Source: an uncultured Acidobacteriota bacterium (GTDB taxonomy: Bacteria > Acidobacteriota > Blastocatellia > RBC074). Taken from it: a DNA stretch of 64,000 nucleotides. The stretch lies in the NCBI GenBank assembly GCA_963796275.1, contig CAWCKY010000003.1:1568001-1632000 (forward strand), in the 5' to 3' direction. A model generated the notes under the pieces. The model was not told the DNA's origin. It did not search any database and saw only the letters and a list, made by a program, of their open reading frames with translations. This document shows, one piece after another, positions 1 through 11,358 of the stretch. A program made the translations under genes and the position numbers. The first letter of the stretch is position 1, and every line of letters begins with the position of its first letter.

Positions 1-2
1 AG

Positions 3-434
3 ATAGTGGCGGAGAAAGATTTGCTGAGGCTCGGCACGCATCGCATCGCGCTCACTCCCGAAGAGGAGGCGGCCAAGGAACACCTCGCCGGAATCTATGC
101 GCGCGCCAGGCTGCAGCCGATCTCGCTCGAAGAAGCGATAGCGCAGGCCGGCCCGCAATTCGGAATCGACTCCGGACGAGCTCAGCGGTTCGCGCAGATG
201 CTGATTGCGAGCGGCGAACTCGTGCGAGTGTCCGATCTGATATTCCATCGCAGCGCCCTCGAATCGCTGCGGGCGTTGATGGACCGGTTCAAAGCCGAAA
301 AGGGACCGCGCATCGATGTCGGGGCTTTTAAAGATCTGACCGGCGTCTCCCGTAAATACGCTATCCCATTGCTCGAATACCTTGATCGCCAGCGGGTGAC
401 AAGGCGGGTCGGTGATGTCCGGGAAATTCTCTGA
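3..434 (+). CDS. selB: Selenocysteine-specific elongation factor SelB, C-terminal winged-helix domains (5' end lies outside the window)
   Basis: C-terminal motif [32 protein letters not shown] matches the SECIS-binding WH4 domain of SelB. Confidence 0.9.
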   Translation: MVAEKDLLRLGTHRIALTPEEEAAKEHLAGIYARARLQPISLEEAIAQAGPQFGIDSGRAQRFAQMLIASGELVRVSDLIFHRSALESLRALMDRFKAEKGPRIDVGAFKDLTGVSRKYAIPLLEYLDRQRVTRRVGDVREIL

Positions 435-509
435 AAAATCAGCTTGCCGCGCCCATTTTCCCTGCTGCTTCGCTCCTTTTTCTCCGAACCCTCCGAAATC
501 TATATCTAA

Positions 510-523
510 TCCAGTAATATGGA
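510..523 (+). promoter_or_regulatory. Candidate upstream activator site (palindrome TCCAGTAATATGGA)
   Basis: TCCA-N6-TGGA, 90 bp upstream of the sigma-54 GG; recurs before the other two receptors; weaker copy TTCAATATAATGGC at 543-556. Confidence 0.6.
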
Positions 524-597
524 CGAATTTTCTCGTATGGCTTTCAATATAATGGCTGGAAATCCATTTAAATCATTGTTAAAATTACTGCTTTCAA

Positions 598-614
598 CTG
601 GCATCTAATTTGCC
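598..614 (+). promoter_or_regulatory. Sigma-54 (-24/-12) promoter of receptor 1
   Basis: CTGGCATCTAATTTGCC with GG(600-601)-N10-GC(612-613). Confidence 0.75.
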
Positions 615-917
615 AAATCATTTTTGATCCATCAACTCATAAAGTTATTTAATTAGTACAATTAAAACACGAGAAGTCGAAAGAGAAGAAATTTCGAGTT
701 CGTCGCATATGCATTCATAAGGTCGTTGCTCTCTTGTTCCAGTGTTACCTCACGATCCACTAGATAGATGTGTAGAGGTGTGTGTTGCCTCCTCGGAGAC
801 ATTTTACCATCGGTTAACGACAGGAGCAGAGTTTAGTGCGGTCCTAAGCGTTGCTGTATTTCAGATACTCGATGAAATCAGTAACTATCAACGGTTGAAT
901 GAAAGGATTTCCCTAAC

Positions 918-3900
918 ATGAAACGGATAAAATCAGAGATTGACTATCGCGCATTATTTATAGTGGGCGCATCGGTTTTGCTGAGCATATTTGGGGGAGC
1001 GATCGCTCTTGGACAAACGAGCCGCGGTACAGTGTCCGGCACAGTCTTCGACGCCACCGGAGCCGTAATTGTCGGCGCCAAGGTTGAACTGAAAAACAAT
1101 GGAACCGGAGTAGTTCGCGCAGGCCAGACGAACAGTGTGGGCATCTACCGCTTCGACGCAGTCGATCTCGGGTCTTACAGCTTGAAGATCGATATGAATG
1201 GGTTCAAGCAGTTCGTCATCACAGACATCGGCATCGAAGCCAACCGTACCGCCACCATCGATGCCACGCTCGAGGTGGGCGTGGGTGAGATGACCGTGGA
1301 AGTCAACGCATCGACCGATGAATTGTTAATCAAAGATAGTCCGATTCGCGGCGGCAACATCAGCGCAAAAGTGATAGCGACTTTACCTGTTGCCGGACTT
1401 GAGCCACTCTCAGTCGCCCGGACGTTACCAGGTGTCGTTCAGGCAAGTGGAACTGATGTTTTCGGCAATGGCGGTCAGAACACCCAATTCTCCGTCAACG
1501 GACAGCGTCCGCGCGGCAATAACTACTTGCTCGACGGCACAGAGAACAATGACATCTCAATAGGCGGCAACGCACAAACATTCACCATAACAGATGCCGT
1601 CCAGGAAGTTTCGGTTCAGACCAGCAATTTCGGGACAGAGTTCGGTCGTGGCGGCGGAGGCGTCTTCAACGTCATCACCAAGAGCGGAACCAACGAATAC
1701 CATGGCACCGCACTCTGGCAATATCGCTCGCAGCTCTTCAACGCGGTTCCGAATACCGACAAGATTAATGGCAATCCCAAGGATGTATTCAATCGAAATA
1801 TTTATGGCTTCACCCTGGGTGGTCCGATCATCAAGAATAAAACCTTCGCTTTTGGCGCGCTGCAAAAAGATTCAAACCGCTCGACAGCCAGTTACGATTT
1901 CAGAGTGCCGACAGACGATACCGTTAACAGGCTGCGTGCTCTATTTCCAAACAACCCGCGATTAGATCTCTATCTCAATGCAGTTGGGGATCTGCGCGGC
2001 ACCGCCAATCCAACCCAACTCGCGCTGGGTGCAGACCCCGTAACGGACGTTGATCGCGGTGTGGCCACATTTGCCACGGCGAATATCAGCTTAGCAGCAC
2101 CCAGCGATGCCATTCAGTGGTTGACGCGCATTGATCACAACCTGACGGACGCCCATCGCTTATCGTTCCGCTACATCTATGATTCAAGTATAAATTCGCC
2201 TACCGCTGTCGCTTTCCCAGGCTACATCCAGGAGTTTAAAGGTCGCGACCAAAATTTCCTTTTCAGTGACAACTGGACTTTCAGTCCTACATGGACCAAT
2301 GAATTCCGGTTCTCTTATGGGCGCATAGGATTCAATTTCCCGATTTCTGACAAATCTATAGCGCTCGCCCAAACGATGCCGCTCTTTAATATTCCAAACA
2401 TAGATGCGCCGGGCATTGCCACCACTATTCCGCAATTTCGCTTCGCCAACAACTGGCTATTTCAGGAAACGCAGACGAAAGTTTCCGGGTATCACACATT
2501 CCGGTTTGGCGCTGAATTTCTACGGCAGTTGGCCAGACAGCGCCCGCCATTCAACGAACGCGGCTCATACACGTACACGAATACTGGCACTACATACTCA
2601 GGATTCGCGAATTTTCTGGATGATTACAGCGGTCCGTCAGGTGCTTCGAACCGGAACTTCGGCGATGCAGTATATTACCCGAACCTCTTCCGGCACTCTT
2701 ACTTCTTCCAGGATACGTGGAAGACCAGCAAGTCACTTAGTTTGACCCTGGGGTTGCGTTACGAGAACTTCGGCCAACCTGCCAATGGCGCCTTCGACTT
2801 TCCGGCATTCGCCGGGTTAGATCCGGCGCAATTCGGAGTGCCTAACAAGGTGAACACCGATAACAACAATTTCGGCCCTTCTATCGGTCTGGCCTGGTCA
2901 CCCTATTACAAATCAGGATTACTGGGTCGGTTGTTCGGTGAGGGAAAGACCGTATGGCGTGCCGGTTACCAGGTCAGTTATGACACGTTCTTCAACAATT
3001 TGCTTTCGAACATCGCCGCAGATTCGCCAAATTCGCTCAGCACAACGTTCAATGGTGTGGGAACTATGCGCGGGTCATCCGACTTTTTCAACTCGCTACC
3101 GTCGACCGCACGTACGCCGGTCCCGACGGATCAGCAGACAGCGGTCTTCGAGAAGAACATTCGCAACCCATACACACAACGCTGGTCGCTCGGTTTCCAA
3201 CGCGAGCTGCCCAGCAAGCTATTGCTCGATGTCTCTTATATCGGCACGGGCAGTCACAAACTCTTCACCAGTTCTGACGTTAACCCCCGTTTGCCGAACG
3301 GCGAGCGCCTCTATCCCAATCTCGGTATTCGGCGCGTCCGGGCGAGCGAGGGAAATTCGATATACCACGGGATGCAGGTTCAGCTCGACCGGCGCTTCGC
3401 CAACAACTTCCAGCTCACAGGCGCTTATACATTCTCCCGCAACCTCGACAGCACGAGTGAAGTGTTTGGGACCGGCATTTCGGTTGCAGCGCAGACCTCA
3501 GTGCCAACGTTGCAGGGTGGGCTAAGTCTCGATCGCGGGCTGAGCGATTATCATCGTGCCCATCGTTTCACAATTACCTATTTGATGGATATTCCAGGAC
3601 CGAAGAAGGGAATTTTGAGATTCCCATTCGGCGGTTGGTCGATCTCCGGCATCACGACCTTCCAGTCGGGAACGCCCTACTCGATCGCCAATGGCTTTGA
3701 CCGCAACAACGACAGTCTTGCCAATGATCGCCCGGATATCGGGAATCCGAATGCGCCCATCAATACGCGTGCGGTAGTAACACCGACAACTGGTCCGCGT
3801 AGTTGTGCGACGGGATTCAGCAATCCTGACGCACTAACCCTGACCTGCGTAACACCGGCTGATGTCCGCTGGGTCCAGGGAGTTGGATTGCCAAATGGTT

Positions 3901-4172
3901 CGACCGTAGGCCGCAACAGCCTCATTACCGAAGGCGTCAATAACTTTGACGTCAACATTCTCAAGAGTTTCACTATCTCTGAATCGAAGCGGGTCGAATA
4001 CAGGTTGGAGGCATTCAATTTCTTCAACCACCAGCAGTTTTTCAACGTCCCGGGCGCGAATGTGGTAAGTACGCAAGGCCCAGCAAGTGGCTTGCCCTCA
4101 CGGTTTCTGAACTCCGGCTATACCAATGGAGGCAATCGCAATATGCGGATGCAGTTGAAATTCATTTTTTAA
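918..4172 (+). CDS. TonB-dependent receptor, Oar-like, with N-terminal carboxypeptidase regulatory-like domain
   Basis: Signal peptide, GTVSGTVFDATGAVIVG, NGQRPRGNNYLLDG, DAVQEVSVQTSNF, QDTWK..LTLGLRYE, NNFGPSIG, C-terminal LKFIF. Confidence 0.92.
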   Translation: MKRIKSEIDYRALFIVGASVLLSIFGGAIALGQTSRGTVSGTVFDATGAVIVGAKVELKNNGTGVVRAGQTNSVGIYRFDAVDLGSYSLKIDMNGFKQFVITDIGIEANRTATIDATLEVGVGEMTVEVNASTDELLIKDSPIRGGNISAKVIATLPVAGLEPLSVARTLPGVVQASGTDVFGNGGQNTQFSVNGQRPRGNNYLLDGTENNDISIGGNAQTFTITDAVQEVSVQTSNFGTEFGRGGGGVFNVITKSGTNEYHGTALWQYRSQLFNAVPNTDKINGNPKDVFNRNIYGFTLGGPIIKNKTFAFGALQKDSNRSTASYDFRVPTDDTVNRLRALFPNNPRLDLYLNAVGDLRGTANPTQLALGADPVTDVDRGVATFATANISLAAPSDAIQWLTRIDHNLTDAHRLSFRYIYDSSINSPTAVAFPGYIQEFKGRDQNFLFSDNWTFSPTWTNEFRFSYGRIGFNFPISDKSIALAQTMPLFNIPNIDAPGIATTIPQFRFANNWLFQETQTKVSGYHTFRFGAEFLRQLARQRPPFNERGSYTYTNTGTTYSGFANFLDDYSGPSGASNRNFGDAVYYPNLFRHSYFFQDTWKTSKSLSLTLGLRYENFGQPANGAFDFPAFAGLDPAQFGVPNKVNTDNNNFGPSIGLAWSPYYKSGLLGRLFGEGKTVWRAGYQVSYDTFFNNLLSNIAADSPNSLSTTFNGVGTMRGSSDFFNSLPSTARTPVPTDQQTAVFEKNIRNPYTQRWSLGFQRELPSKLLLDVSYIGTGSHKLFTSSDVNPRLPNGERLYPNLGIRRVRASEGNSIYHGMQVQLDRRFANNFQLTGAYTFSRNLDSTSEVFGTGISVAAQTSVPTLQGGLSLDRGLSDYHRAHRFTITYLMDIPGPKKGILRFPFGGWSISGITTFQSGTPYSIANGFDRNNDSLANDRPDIGNPNAPINTRAVVTPTTGPRSCATGFSNPDALTLTCVTPADVRWVQGVGLPNGSTVGRNSLITEGVNNFDVNILKSFTISESKRVEYRLEAFNFFNHQQFFNVPGANVVSTQGPASGLPSRFLNSGYTNGGNRNMRMQLKFIF

Positions 4173-4202
4173 TGCCGATCAAGCTACTCACAACTGCGAA
4201 GG

Positions 4203-4227
4203 GGGTGGCTTCGGCCACCCTTTTTTT
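4203..4227 (+). terminator. Rho-independent terminator
   Basis: GGGTGGC-TTCG-GCCACCC followed by T7. Confidence 0.85.
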
Positions 4228-4243
4228 AGAAAACTAGATTTAA

Positions 4244-4257
4244 TTCATAATTATGGA
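4244..4257 (+). promoter_or_regulatory. Candidate upstream activator site TTCATAATTATGGA
   Basis: One mismatch to TCCA-N6-TGGA; 89 bp upstream of the sigma-54 GG. Confidence 0.55.
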
Positions 4258-4330
4258 TTGAATTTTTGTCAATTATTTTTAATATCATTATAAGTAAAGC
4301 TATATCAATACAACGGTATTCAAAAATAAG

Positions 4331-4347
4331 TTGGCATAGTTGTTGCT
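4331..4347 (+). promoter_or_regulatory. Sigma-54 promoter of receptor 2
   Basis: TTGGCATAGTTGTTGCT with GG(4333-4334)-N10-GC(4345-4346). Confidence 0.8.
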
Positions 4348-4459
4348 AATTCCACATTTTAGTCCCGCATTCAGTTTTCTTGATTGAGCTCCCATCTAAT
4401 TCTCAATCTTGAGATGAAATTAACAAAATGAGTAGGCTTCAGCCTCTAGGAGGAACTAT

Positions 4460-7400
4460 ATGCTCACAAATCCAGGGTTTACAGCTACGCGATGCAAGAA
4501 ACCTCCGGTTCTTCAGTGCGTGATAATGCTCTGTTTAATGATTCTCTTATCGACTTTTGCAACGGCTCAAGGCATTCGCGGAACGATAAAGGGAACCGTA
4601 ACTGATCCAAATGGAGCAGTTGTAACGGGTGCGACAGTGGCGCTGATGGACATGGCTAAACAAACAACCATCCGCACTGTTAAGACCGATGGAAGCGGTG
4701 TTTATCAGTTAGTTGAAATAGACCCTTCAATGTATCAGATCACCATTACTTCTCCCGGGTTTTCAGATAATAGAATGACGGATATCAAGGTCGAACCGAA
4801 CCGCAACCTAGTCATCGATGTCTCGCTCAGAGTATCGGGGGCAACCGAACAGGTGACGGTGACAGCCGGACAAGAGCTCATCGATCGAGAATCATCAACA
4901 CTCGGCACAACGGTGGATAATCGACGAGTTGTGGATTTACCGCTAAACGGACGAGGGGTATTGCAACTTGCTCAGCTTCAACCGGGAGTGATTCCAGTTA
5001 ACGGTGGACTTGGCATTCGCGTTAACGGCGGTCGGACAGTGGAGAATAATGTACAGCTCGATGGCAGCAATAATAACGAAGTGGCTGTCGGTGGCTCAGT
5101 CGGTGTTCAACCTCGACCTGACGCCGTGCAGGAATTCCGCGTACTTACTTCTAACTTCGATCCAGAATTTGGTCGTAATGCTGGCTCCGTTATCAACGTT
5201 GTGGTCCGCAGCGGTGAGAATTCATTTTCATGGGAACGGCCGCATTTTTTACCGCCCCACCTTTTTGTCGGCAGCGCGTTTCTTCGATCAAAACCTGCCG
5301 GGTAGCACTCCATTGCGTGGGACGGATGACTTCCGACGGCAGTTTGAACGTAAAGATTTTGGCGGCAATATAGGCGGCCCGATCTACCTTCCTCGTTTCG
5401 GTAAAGGGGGGCCAGGGCTTTACAGTGGCAAGAATAAAGCCTTCTTCTTTGTTGATTACGAGGGCCGGCGGCAATTGATTGGTGATACTCGTCTCTTGAC
5501 AGGATTACCGTCAGCGGATGAACGCCAAGGTATCTTCACCCGTATGCCTGACCCCATCACCAACCTGCCGATCCCGTTGCTAGACCCTGCGACAGGTGCG
5601 GCATTTCCGATCATTTCAGGCACTGTTGCACAAGGGCAGACCATTAGGCAACAGATTGATCCTGGCCGTTTCTCACCAATCGCACAATATTATCTAAATT
5701 TCCTGCCGACGCCCGATGCGACCGGAAGAGCGCGCGTAGGTGCCAATGAGATAACCAATTTCGACCAATTGACGACGCGTCTGGATTTCCAACTTAGCGA
5801 AAAACACTCGCTTAGTGGGACATATACATACTTCGATCAGTTAATTGACTCACCATTCGCCTTTGGTGGCGCTTCTGTGCCTGGTTTCGGATCTTTTGAT
5901 CTGCGTACCACACAAAATTATGCAGTGCGTTACACCTTTACGATCAGTCCAACTATCGTGAATTCGTTGACGATCGGTTATGCGCGTAACAACCAGCCGA
6001 GCACAACCCCGCAAAATACGACGACTCCAGATCAAATCGGATTCTCTGCGAATTTTGTTGCAGATCCCCAGTTTGCCGGCCCTCCACGCATCTCTCTAGT
6101 TAATCGCGGTCTGGTCCTGGGCAATACGATACAAGGACCGCAGGCTCGCGTGAGTGAGAACTTTCAGATTCAAGACTCGGTGACTTGGGTCTCTGGGGAT
6201 CATCGTTTCAAGTTCGGTTTCGATGGCACCAAGTATCGTCAGGATCAGGCTTTCTTGTTCGTCAATCAGGGGATTATCAACTTCTCTCGCACGGCGGGGA
6301 CGAAGACGACTGGGGACGATTTTTCAGATTTCCTTCTGGGCGCCTATCCAACATCAGTGCAGTTCGGTTCAAATGGGCTGCGCGATTTTCGTCAGGATTT
6401 CATTGCGGGGTTCGGTCAGGATACGTGGCGAGTTCGCGACAACTTCACACTTACATATGGGATGCGTTATGAATACGTCTCTCCACTCAGTGACAAGTTT
6501 GACCGGGTAGCATATTACCGTCCGGGTACAACCTCTCAAAGTTTGGTTTCCGGTCAATTACAGACACTTGAAGGTGTGCCGATCGTAGTCCCCGCAGGAC
6601 GTCGCGCACCGAACGGTCTGGTTTATGTAGGAGACCCGGATCCGGTACTCGGTGGCACAGTGCCACGCGGCGGTGTCGCGAAAGACATGAATAACTTTGC
6701 GCCGCGTCTGGGCATTGCTTACTCAGTGAGGGCAAATGATGGCTTGTTGGGCAAGCTGAGCGGCGGAAACCAAACAGTCATTCGTGCAGGGTTCGGGATG
6801 TTCTACGGCGCTGTAATTGGCGACACTATTTTGCAACAGCTAACTGCTCCCGGATTCAACGGCACGAATTCGTTCTTTGGACCAGCTGGCGGTACATTGG
6901 CTGATCCGTTCGCGCCTGATCCGTTCCCGAACTTCCAATCGGGCAGGCCCATTCAACAGGTGCCGAATCCATTCGGATCGAGCGCTTTCAATGTCTTCCC
7001 GCCTCTCACGGCGTTCTCGCGTGCGACAGATCCTAATATCCGTACACCTTACACGATGCAGTATAACCTCACTATCGAGCGTGGTTTCGCTAAGGACTAC
7101 GTTGCTACTCTGAGCTACGTTGGGAATCGAGGGGTCAAACTATATGCGCTCGAGCAAGTCAATCCCTCCTTGGGCACGTTCTTTGACGTACCGGCAGGGC
7201 GTACAATCCCAACTCCAACACAGGGCAATGCCAACTTCCGTAGAGGTAACGATGATATTCGAGTAGGACTAAGCCAGATGGTTAGCGCGGGTAACTCGCA
7301 CTATCATTCTTTCCAGGCTCAGTTGCAGAAACGTTTCAGTAAAGGGCTGCTTTTCCAGGGCGGCTATACCTTCTCGAAGTTGATCACTGATTCGGACGAA

Positions 7401-8036
7401 CTGAGAAGTAACTTGGATCTGCTTGATCGGAGTATGACGCGTGGGTTGTCACCGAACGATGTGCCGCATCGTTTTGTTGGCAGCTTCATTTATGATTTGC
7501 CTTTTGGTAAGACAGGCAGTCGTGTGGTACGAACCTTGTTTGGCGGGTACGGTTTTGGTGGCATCGTGACTTTCCAATCGGGTTCCCCATTTAACGTTAA
7601 TAATCCATTTGATACTGTAGGCACCGGCGGAGGCGTAACCAGCTTTGCTGATTTGGGAACATCGTTTCAGCAGGTTGATCCACGGGAGAATGACACCCGA
7701 GCCTTCAACACCGACGCCTTCAGTTCGTTCGGCGATCCGGCCAACGGGTTCGTCCTGTCGCGAGATTTCAGACGCGGCACAGCTGGAAACAACCAGTTCC
7801 GCCTGCAAAACGGCCTCAATAATTGGGATATGATCCTCACCAAAAAGACCCCGCTTTATGGTGATCGCGCTAACCTCGAATTACGGTTCGAGGCCTTCAA
7901 TGTGTTCAATCATACCCAGTTCAACGATGTTGATACCAATTTGCTGAATACGATTCCTACCCGTAACACATTCGGTAACTTTACCTCTGCCCGTGAGGCT
8001 CGCATTATTCAGCTCGGCGCACGGGTCTCCTTCTGA
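4460..8036 (+). CDS. TonB-dependent receptor, Oar-like, split by a +1 frameshift at ~5225 (probably a sequencing error)
   Basis: ORF 4460-5305 gives the N-terminus (to VVRSGENSF) and ORF 5004-8036 continues (HGNGRIFY to ARVSF); removing one T from TCATTTTCAT joins them; RBS AGGAGG. Confidence 0.88.
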
Positions 8037-8090
8037 TGGAGGGTCGCTATAAGCAGAATCGGTAGGACAATTACAATTTGGCCTTCAAAA

Positions 8091-8125
8091 ATCGGGCGTT
8101 GCTGCACTCATCAGCAACGCCTGAT
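8091..8125 (+). terminator. Stem-loop downstream of receptor 2
   Basis: ATCGGGCGTTGCTG/CAGCAACGCCTGAT 14-bp stem; weak T-tract. Confidence 0.5.
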
Positions 8126-8320
8126 CTATTAAGTACTATAAGAGCGAGATGAGAAACGCCCTGGTTGTGAAGCTAGTCATTCAGCCTATCGTGTTCCTTT
8201 GGTGGGCCGGCGTGCGTTCGAGAAAAAAATATGAATAGGCTGATGACCTCTCCCAATCAATCGCGAGCTGTGGTAATGGTTGGCCGAACTGGCTGCTATC
8301 CCAAATGAAAAGTTGAGCGA

Positions 8321-9963
8321 ATGACCATGGCCAAAGAGGACGAGACTCCGCGAACCAAATCCTGCCGAAATCGAGAACCTAATCGAGCAGATTCGAGGAA
8401 CGAATCTGGACCCGCGAGCCAAAGAGAAAGTAGAGCGACTGTTAAGAACCGTCCTGACCTTGGCGGAACTGCTCCAAAGGAAGAATACTTCGATCAAAAA
8501 GCTACGTGAAATGATCTTCGGCAAGCGGACGGAGAGACATCAAGCGAGAAAGGCCGAAGGCCAGGAGAAGGCGCCCGAATCCGAGAGGTCGGATGACGGC
8601 CAACCGAAAGCGGCCAGTGATCAAGACGCGCATGCGGAACTGCGCGTAGTTGGAAGCAGGGACAACCCGAAACGGAAAGGGCACGGACGCCGCGCGGCCT
8701 CCAATTACAGCGGGGCAAGGATCGTCAGATGCCGGCATGAACGTTTGAAAGCGGGCGACGACTGTCCAGCATCATGTGGCGGGCGGCTCTACGACCTGAA
8801 GGAGCCTACGGCGTTGATGTAATTCACGGGGCAACCGCTGATCACGGCCACCAAGTTCGAACGGGAGGCGCTGCGCTGCGCCAAATGCCAACGACGTTAT
8901 GTAGCGCCGTTGCCTGAAGGAGTGAAGGATGAGCGGTACGACGCGACCTGTGACGCGACGATCGCGCTAATGAGATATGGCGGCGGTCTTCCCTGGCATC
9001 GACAGGCAGGATTGCAGGCGATGGGCGGAGTGCCATTAGCAGAAGCGACGATGTGGGAACGGTGCGAAGCGACGGCGAACGCCGCGATGGGAATCTTCCT
9101 GCGACTGACGCGCTTGGCGGCCGACGGCGAGGTTATGCACACCGACGACACCTGGGTCAGAATCCTTTCGTGTTTGAAAGAAGACAAGGAAAAGAAAGGG
9201 CGGGCGACAAACACCAGCGGGATCGTAGTGAAGGCCGGAGGGCGCAAGATCGCGCTTTATTTGAGCGGGAGGCGTCACGCGGGGGAGAATCTGGCGGAGT
9301 TGCTCGGAAGCGCGACGAGAGTCTGGCGCGGCCGATCCAAATGAGTGACGCCCTGGCGGCCAACACGAGCGTGGAGAAAGGCGTGATCCGTTCCTGCTGT
9401 CTGGCGCACGCCCGAAGGAAGGTCTTTGAATTGAAGGATGACTATCCGGCCGATTGCGCGGTGGTACTGGACTCATCGGCAAGGTCTATGGATACGAGGC
9501 CGAGACGGCAGAGATGAATGGCGTACGGCGGTTGGCCTACTATCAGGAAAAGAGCGGGCCGGTGATGAGGGAATTGAAGGAATGGATCGAGGCGCGATTC
9601 TCTGACTGCCATGTGGAGCCGAACTCGAATTTGGGCAAGGCGCTGCAATATTGGCTGAGTCATTGGGAAAAGTTGACGGTGTGGCTCCGCGAGCCGGGCA
9701 CGCCGATCGATAATAACGAGTCAGGGCGGGCGTTGAAACAATTCACCCTGATGCGAAAGAACTCGATGTTCTTCAAAACCGAGCACGGGGCGACGGTCGG
9801 TGATGTGTTGGCATCGCTGATCCGGACTTGCCGATTGAATGGCGCCAATGCCTGGGACTACCTGTTAACGATTGTTCGCAACAAGGAGGATGCGCGAAGC
9901 AATCCGCATCTGTACCTGCCTTGGAATTACAAGGGAGGCGAGGCGGGATCGCTGGCGGCTTGA
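8321..9963 (+). pseudogene. tnpC: IS66 transposase TnpC, inactivated
   Basis: KLREMIFGKRTE, KGHGR, Zn ribbon CPASCGG..CAKC, HTDDT, MSDA, CLAHARRK, IDNNESGRALK; TAA at 8820-8822 and frameshifts at about 8333, 9306 and 9470. Confidence 0.88.
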
Positions 9964-10316
9964 GCTTCGGCGCCGGGCAACTTCCGCCACGCGGGCGCGA
10001 AACTGGCCTGATCGGGCAGGCCGTTATAAAGAAGAACCGAGAGCTGTTGCGCCTGGAGTGGGTGGAGTGGCGTGTCCGGATTTTTCGGGCCACCAGCGAA
10101 TGCGCCCCTGGGAGAGCCTGCGGGTAACCAACCAGTATCCGACCCCATCGTAACATAACATTTTGAGGGCCGTGCCGCGGCGATTTCGAAACACAAACAT
10201 GGTTCCGGAGAAAGGATATTCAGCCAACTCGCGTTTGCAAATCACGGCAAGCCATTACGGAAGTCGATCGGCTTGCAGGCGAGAAGGATCCTGAGTTGAG
10301 GGATGAGTTGAATCAT
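9927..10316 (-). pseudogene. tnpB: IS66 accessory protein TnpB (Orf2), frameshifted
   Basis: MIQLIPQLRILLACKPIDFRNG, then PFSGTMFVFRNRRGTALKMLCYDGVGYWLVTRRLSQGR; frame breaks at about 10250 and 10083. Confidence 0.85.
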
Positions 10317-10323
10317 CGAGATT

Positions 10324-10737
10324 TCAATCGCGCAGGAAATCGGCGCAGAGTTGGGTGATGGACGCCAGGTCAAGTGAGGGCAGTGTCAGCGCAAGGCGTG
10401 CGCCGTCGGGCCGTTCAACCAAAAGACGACAACCGGCGGCGAGCGAGGTCGCAAGTGGTCTTGGCTCGGGTATCTTGATTTCAGGCGGCAAAGTGAAAAA
10501 GGCGGTCTGGGGCTTGCGGTGAACGAGGTCAGATCTTTTAGTCTCCGGCTTTTTCAATCGCCCTGGGTCGAGTTTCAAAACGCTGCGGACGAGCGAAGGT
10601 GAATAGCGACTAGCCATTTCCGCAGCGGCCTGGCGGAACTCGTCGGGTATTGGCTGGCGCGTGTATTTGCGGGTTGCTCGCCAAGCCTCCAGGCGGTCTT
10701 TAAGCTTGAGCAGATCAGCAGGAACAGTTGAATCCAT
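10324..10737 (-). CDS. IS66 TnpA-like (Orf1) protein
   Basis: LEAWRATRK..IPDEFRQAAAEMA N-terminus and VERPDGARL C-terminus; lies directly upstream of tnpB. Confidence 0.65.
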   Translation of the reverse strand: MDSTVPADLLKLKDRLEAWRATRKYTRQPIPDEFRQAAAEMASRYSPSLVRSVLKLDPGRLKKPETKRSDLVHRKPQTAFFTLPPEIKIPEPRPLATSLAAGCRLLVERPDGARLALTLPSLDLASITQLCADFLRD

Positions 10738-10887
10738 GAAGAACCTCCGAAAGATGAAATATCGATCTAGGAGTGGAGAATAGAGGGTTCAGGGCGGCGC
10801 CGTCACGCCGGCCAACCGAAAGAGTGGTCTACCAGTGAGGCTGCTGGAAGAAGTCAGTCACGCCCCATCTATAGGAAGTCGATTGAT

Positions 10888-11358
10888 ATGAAGACAAGAT
10901 TCATTTTACTTACATTCGCCTTGTGTTTGGGGGTATTTGCAGATGTACTCTCAGCGACCGAATATACTTATGCCGTAGCTTCTCGAGGCTGCATGCAAAA
11001 TGATGCGCGTGCTCTGGAAGTTTATTTGACACAAGAGCATTATAAGGGCGAGGCGTTTCCACCTATGCCTTACATTCGTATAGAGGTAGAGTGGAGCGAC
11101 TGGAAAAACTTGATCGGGAAGGACCTTAAACTTGCACAATTGTCACGACACAAACCGGATCCGCAAACGCCGACCGTGCGCGCGGAGCTGAATCTTGAGC
11201 GGCAGGAGCGGGCATGGTTACGTGGCACGCTTCGCCTGAAGAAGGTAGAGGTGAATAAGCAAGTGGAGGGCTCCTATGAGTTCGCTGGGCCTAATTATCT
11301 TAAATGGACAGGCATGTTCAAAGCGCAATGGGGCAAGGACCAACTTCCTTGTGGATGA
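10888..11358 (+). CDS. Hypothetical secreted protein
   Basis: ATG start, signal peptide, two Cys in the mature part (N-terminal GC and C-terminal PCG). Confidence 0.65.
   Translation: MKTRFILLTFALCLGVFADVLSATEYTYAVASRGCMQNDARALEVYLTQEHYKGEAFPPMPYIRIEVEWSDWKNLIGKDLKLAQLSRHKPDPQTPTVRAELNLERQERAWLRGTLRLKKVEVNKQVEGSYEFAGPNYLKWTGMFKAQWGKDQLPCG

Larger units (their letters stand above)
8191..10827. mobile_element. Degenerate IS66-family element (tnpC on +, tnpA and tnpB on -)
   Basis: Imperfect terminal inverted repeats at 8193-8214 (GTTCCTTTGGTGGGCCGGCGTG) and 10804-10825 (17/22 match) enclose IS66 genes; no target-site duplication seen. Confidence 0.8.

Noticed and set aside
9927-10316. RNA-guided TnpB nuclease
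   Set aside because: This is the unrelated small IS66 accessory TnpB with no RuvC domain
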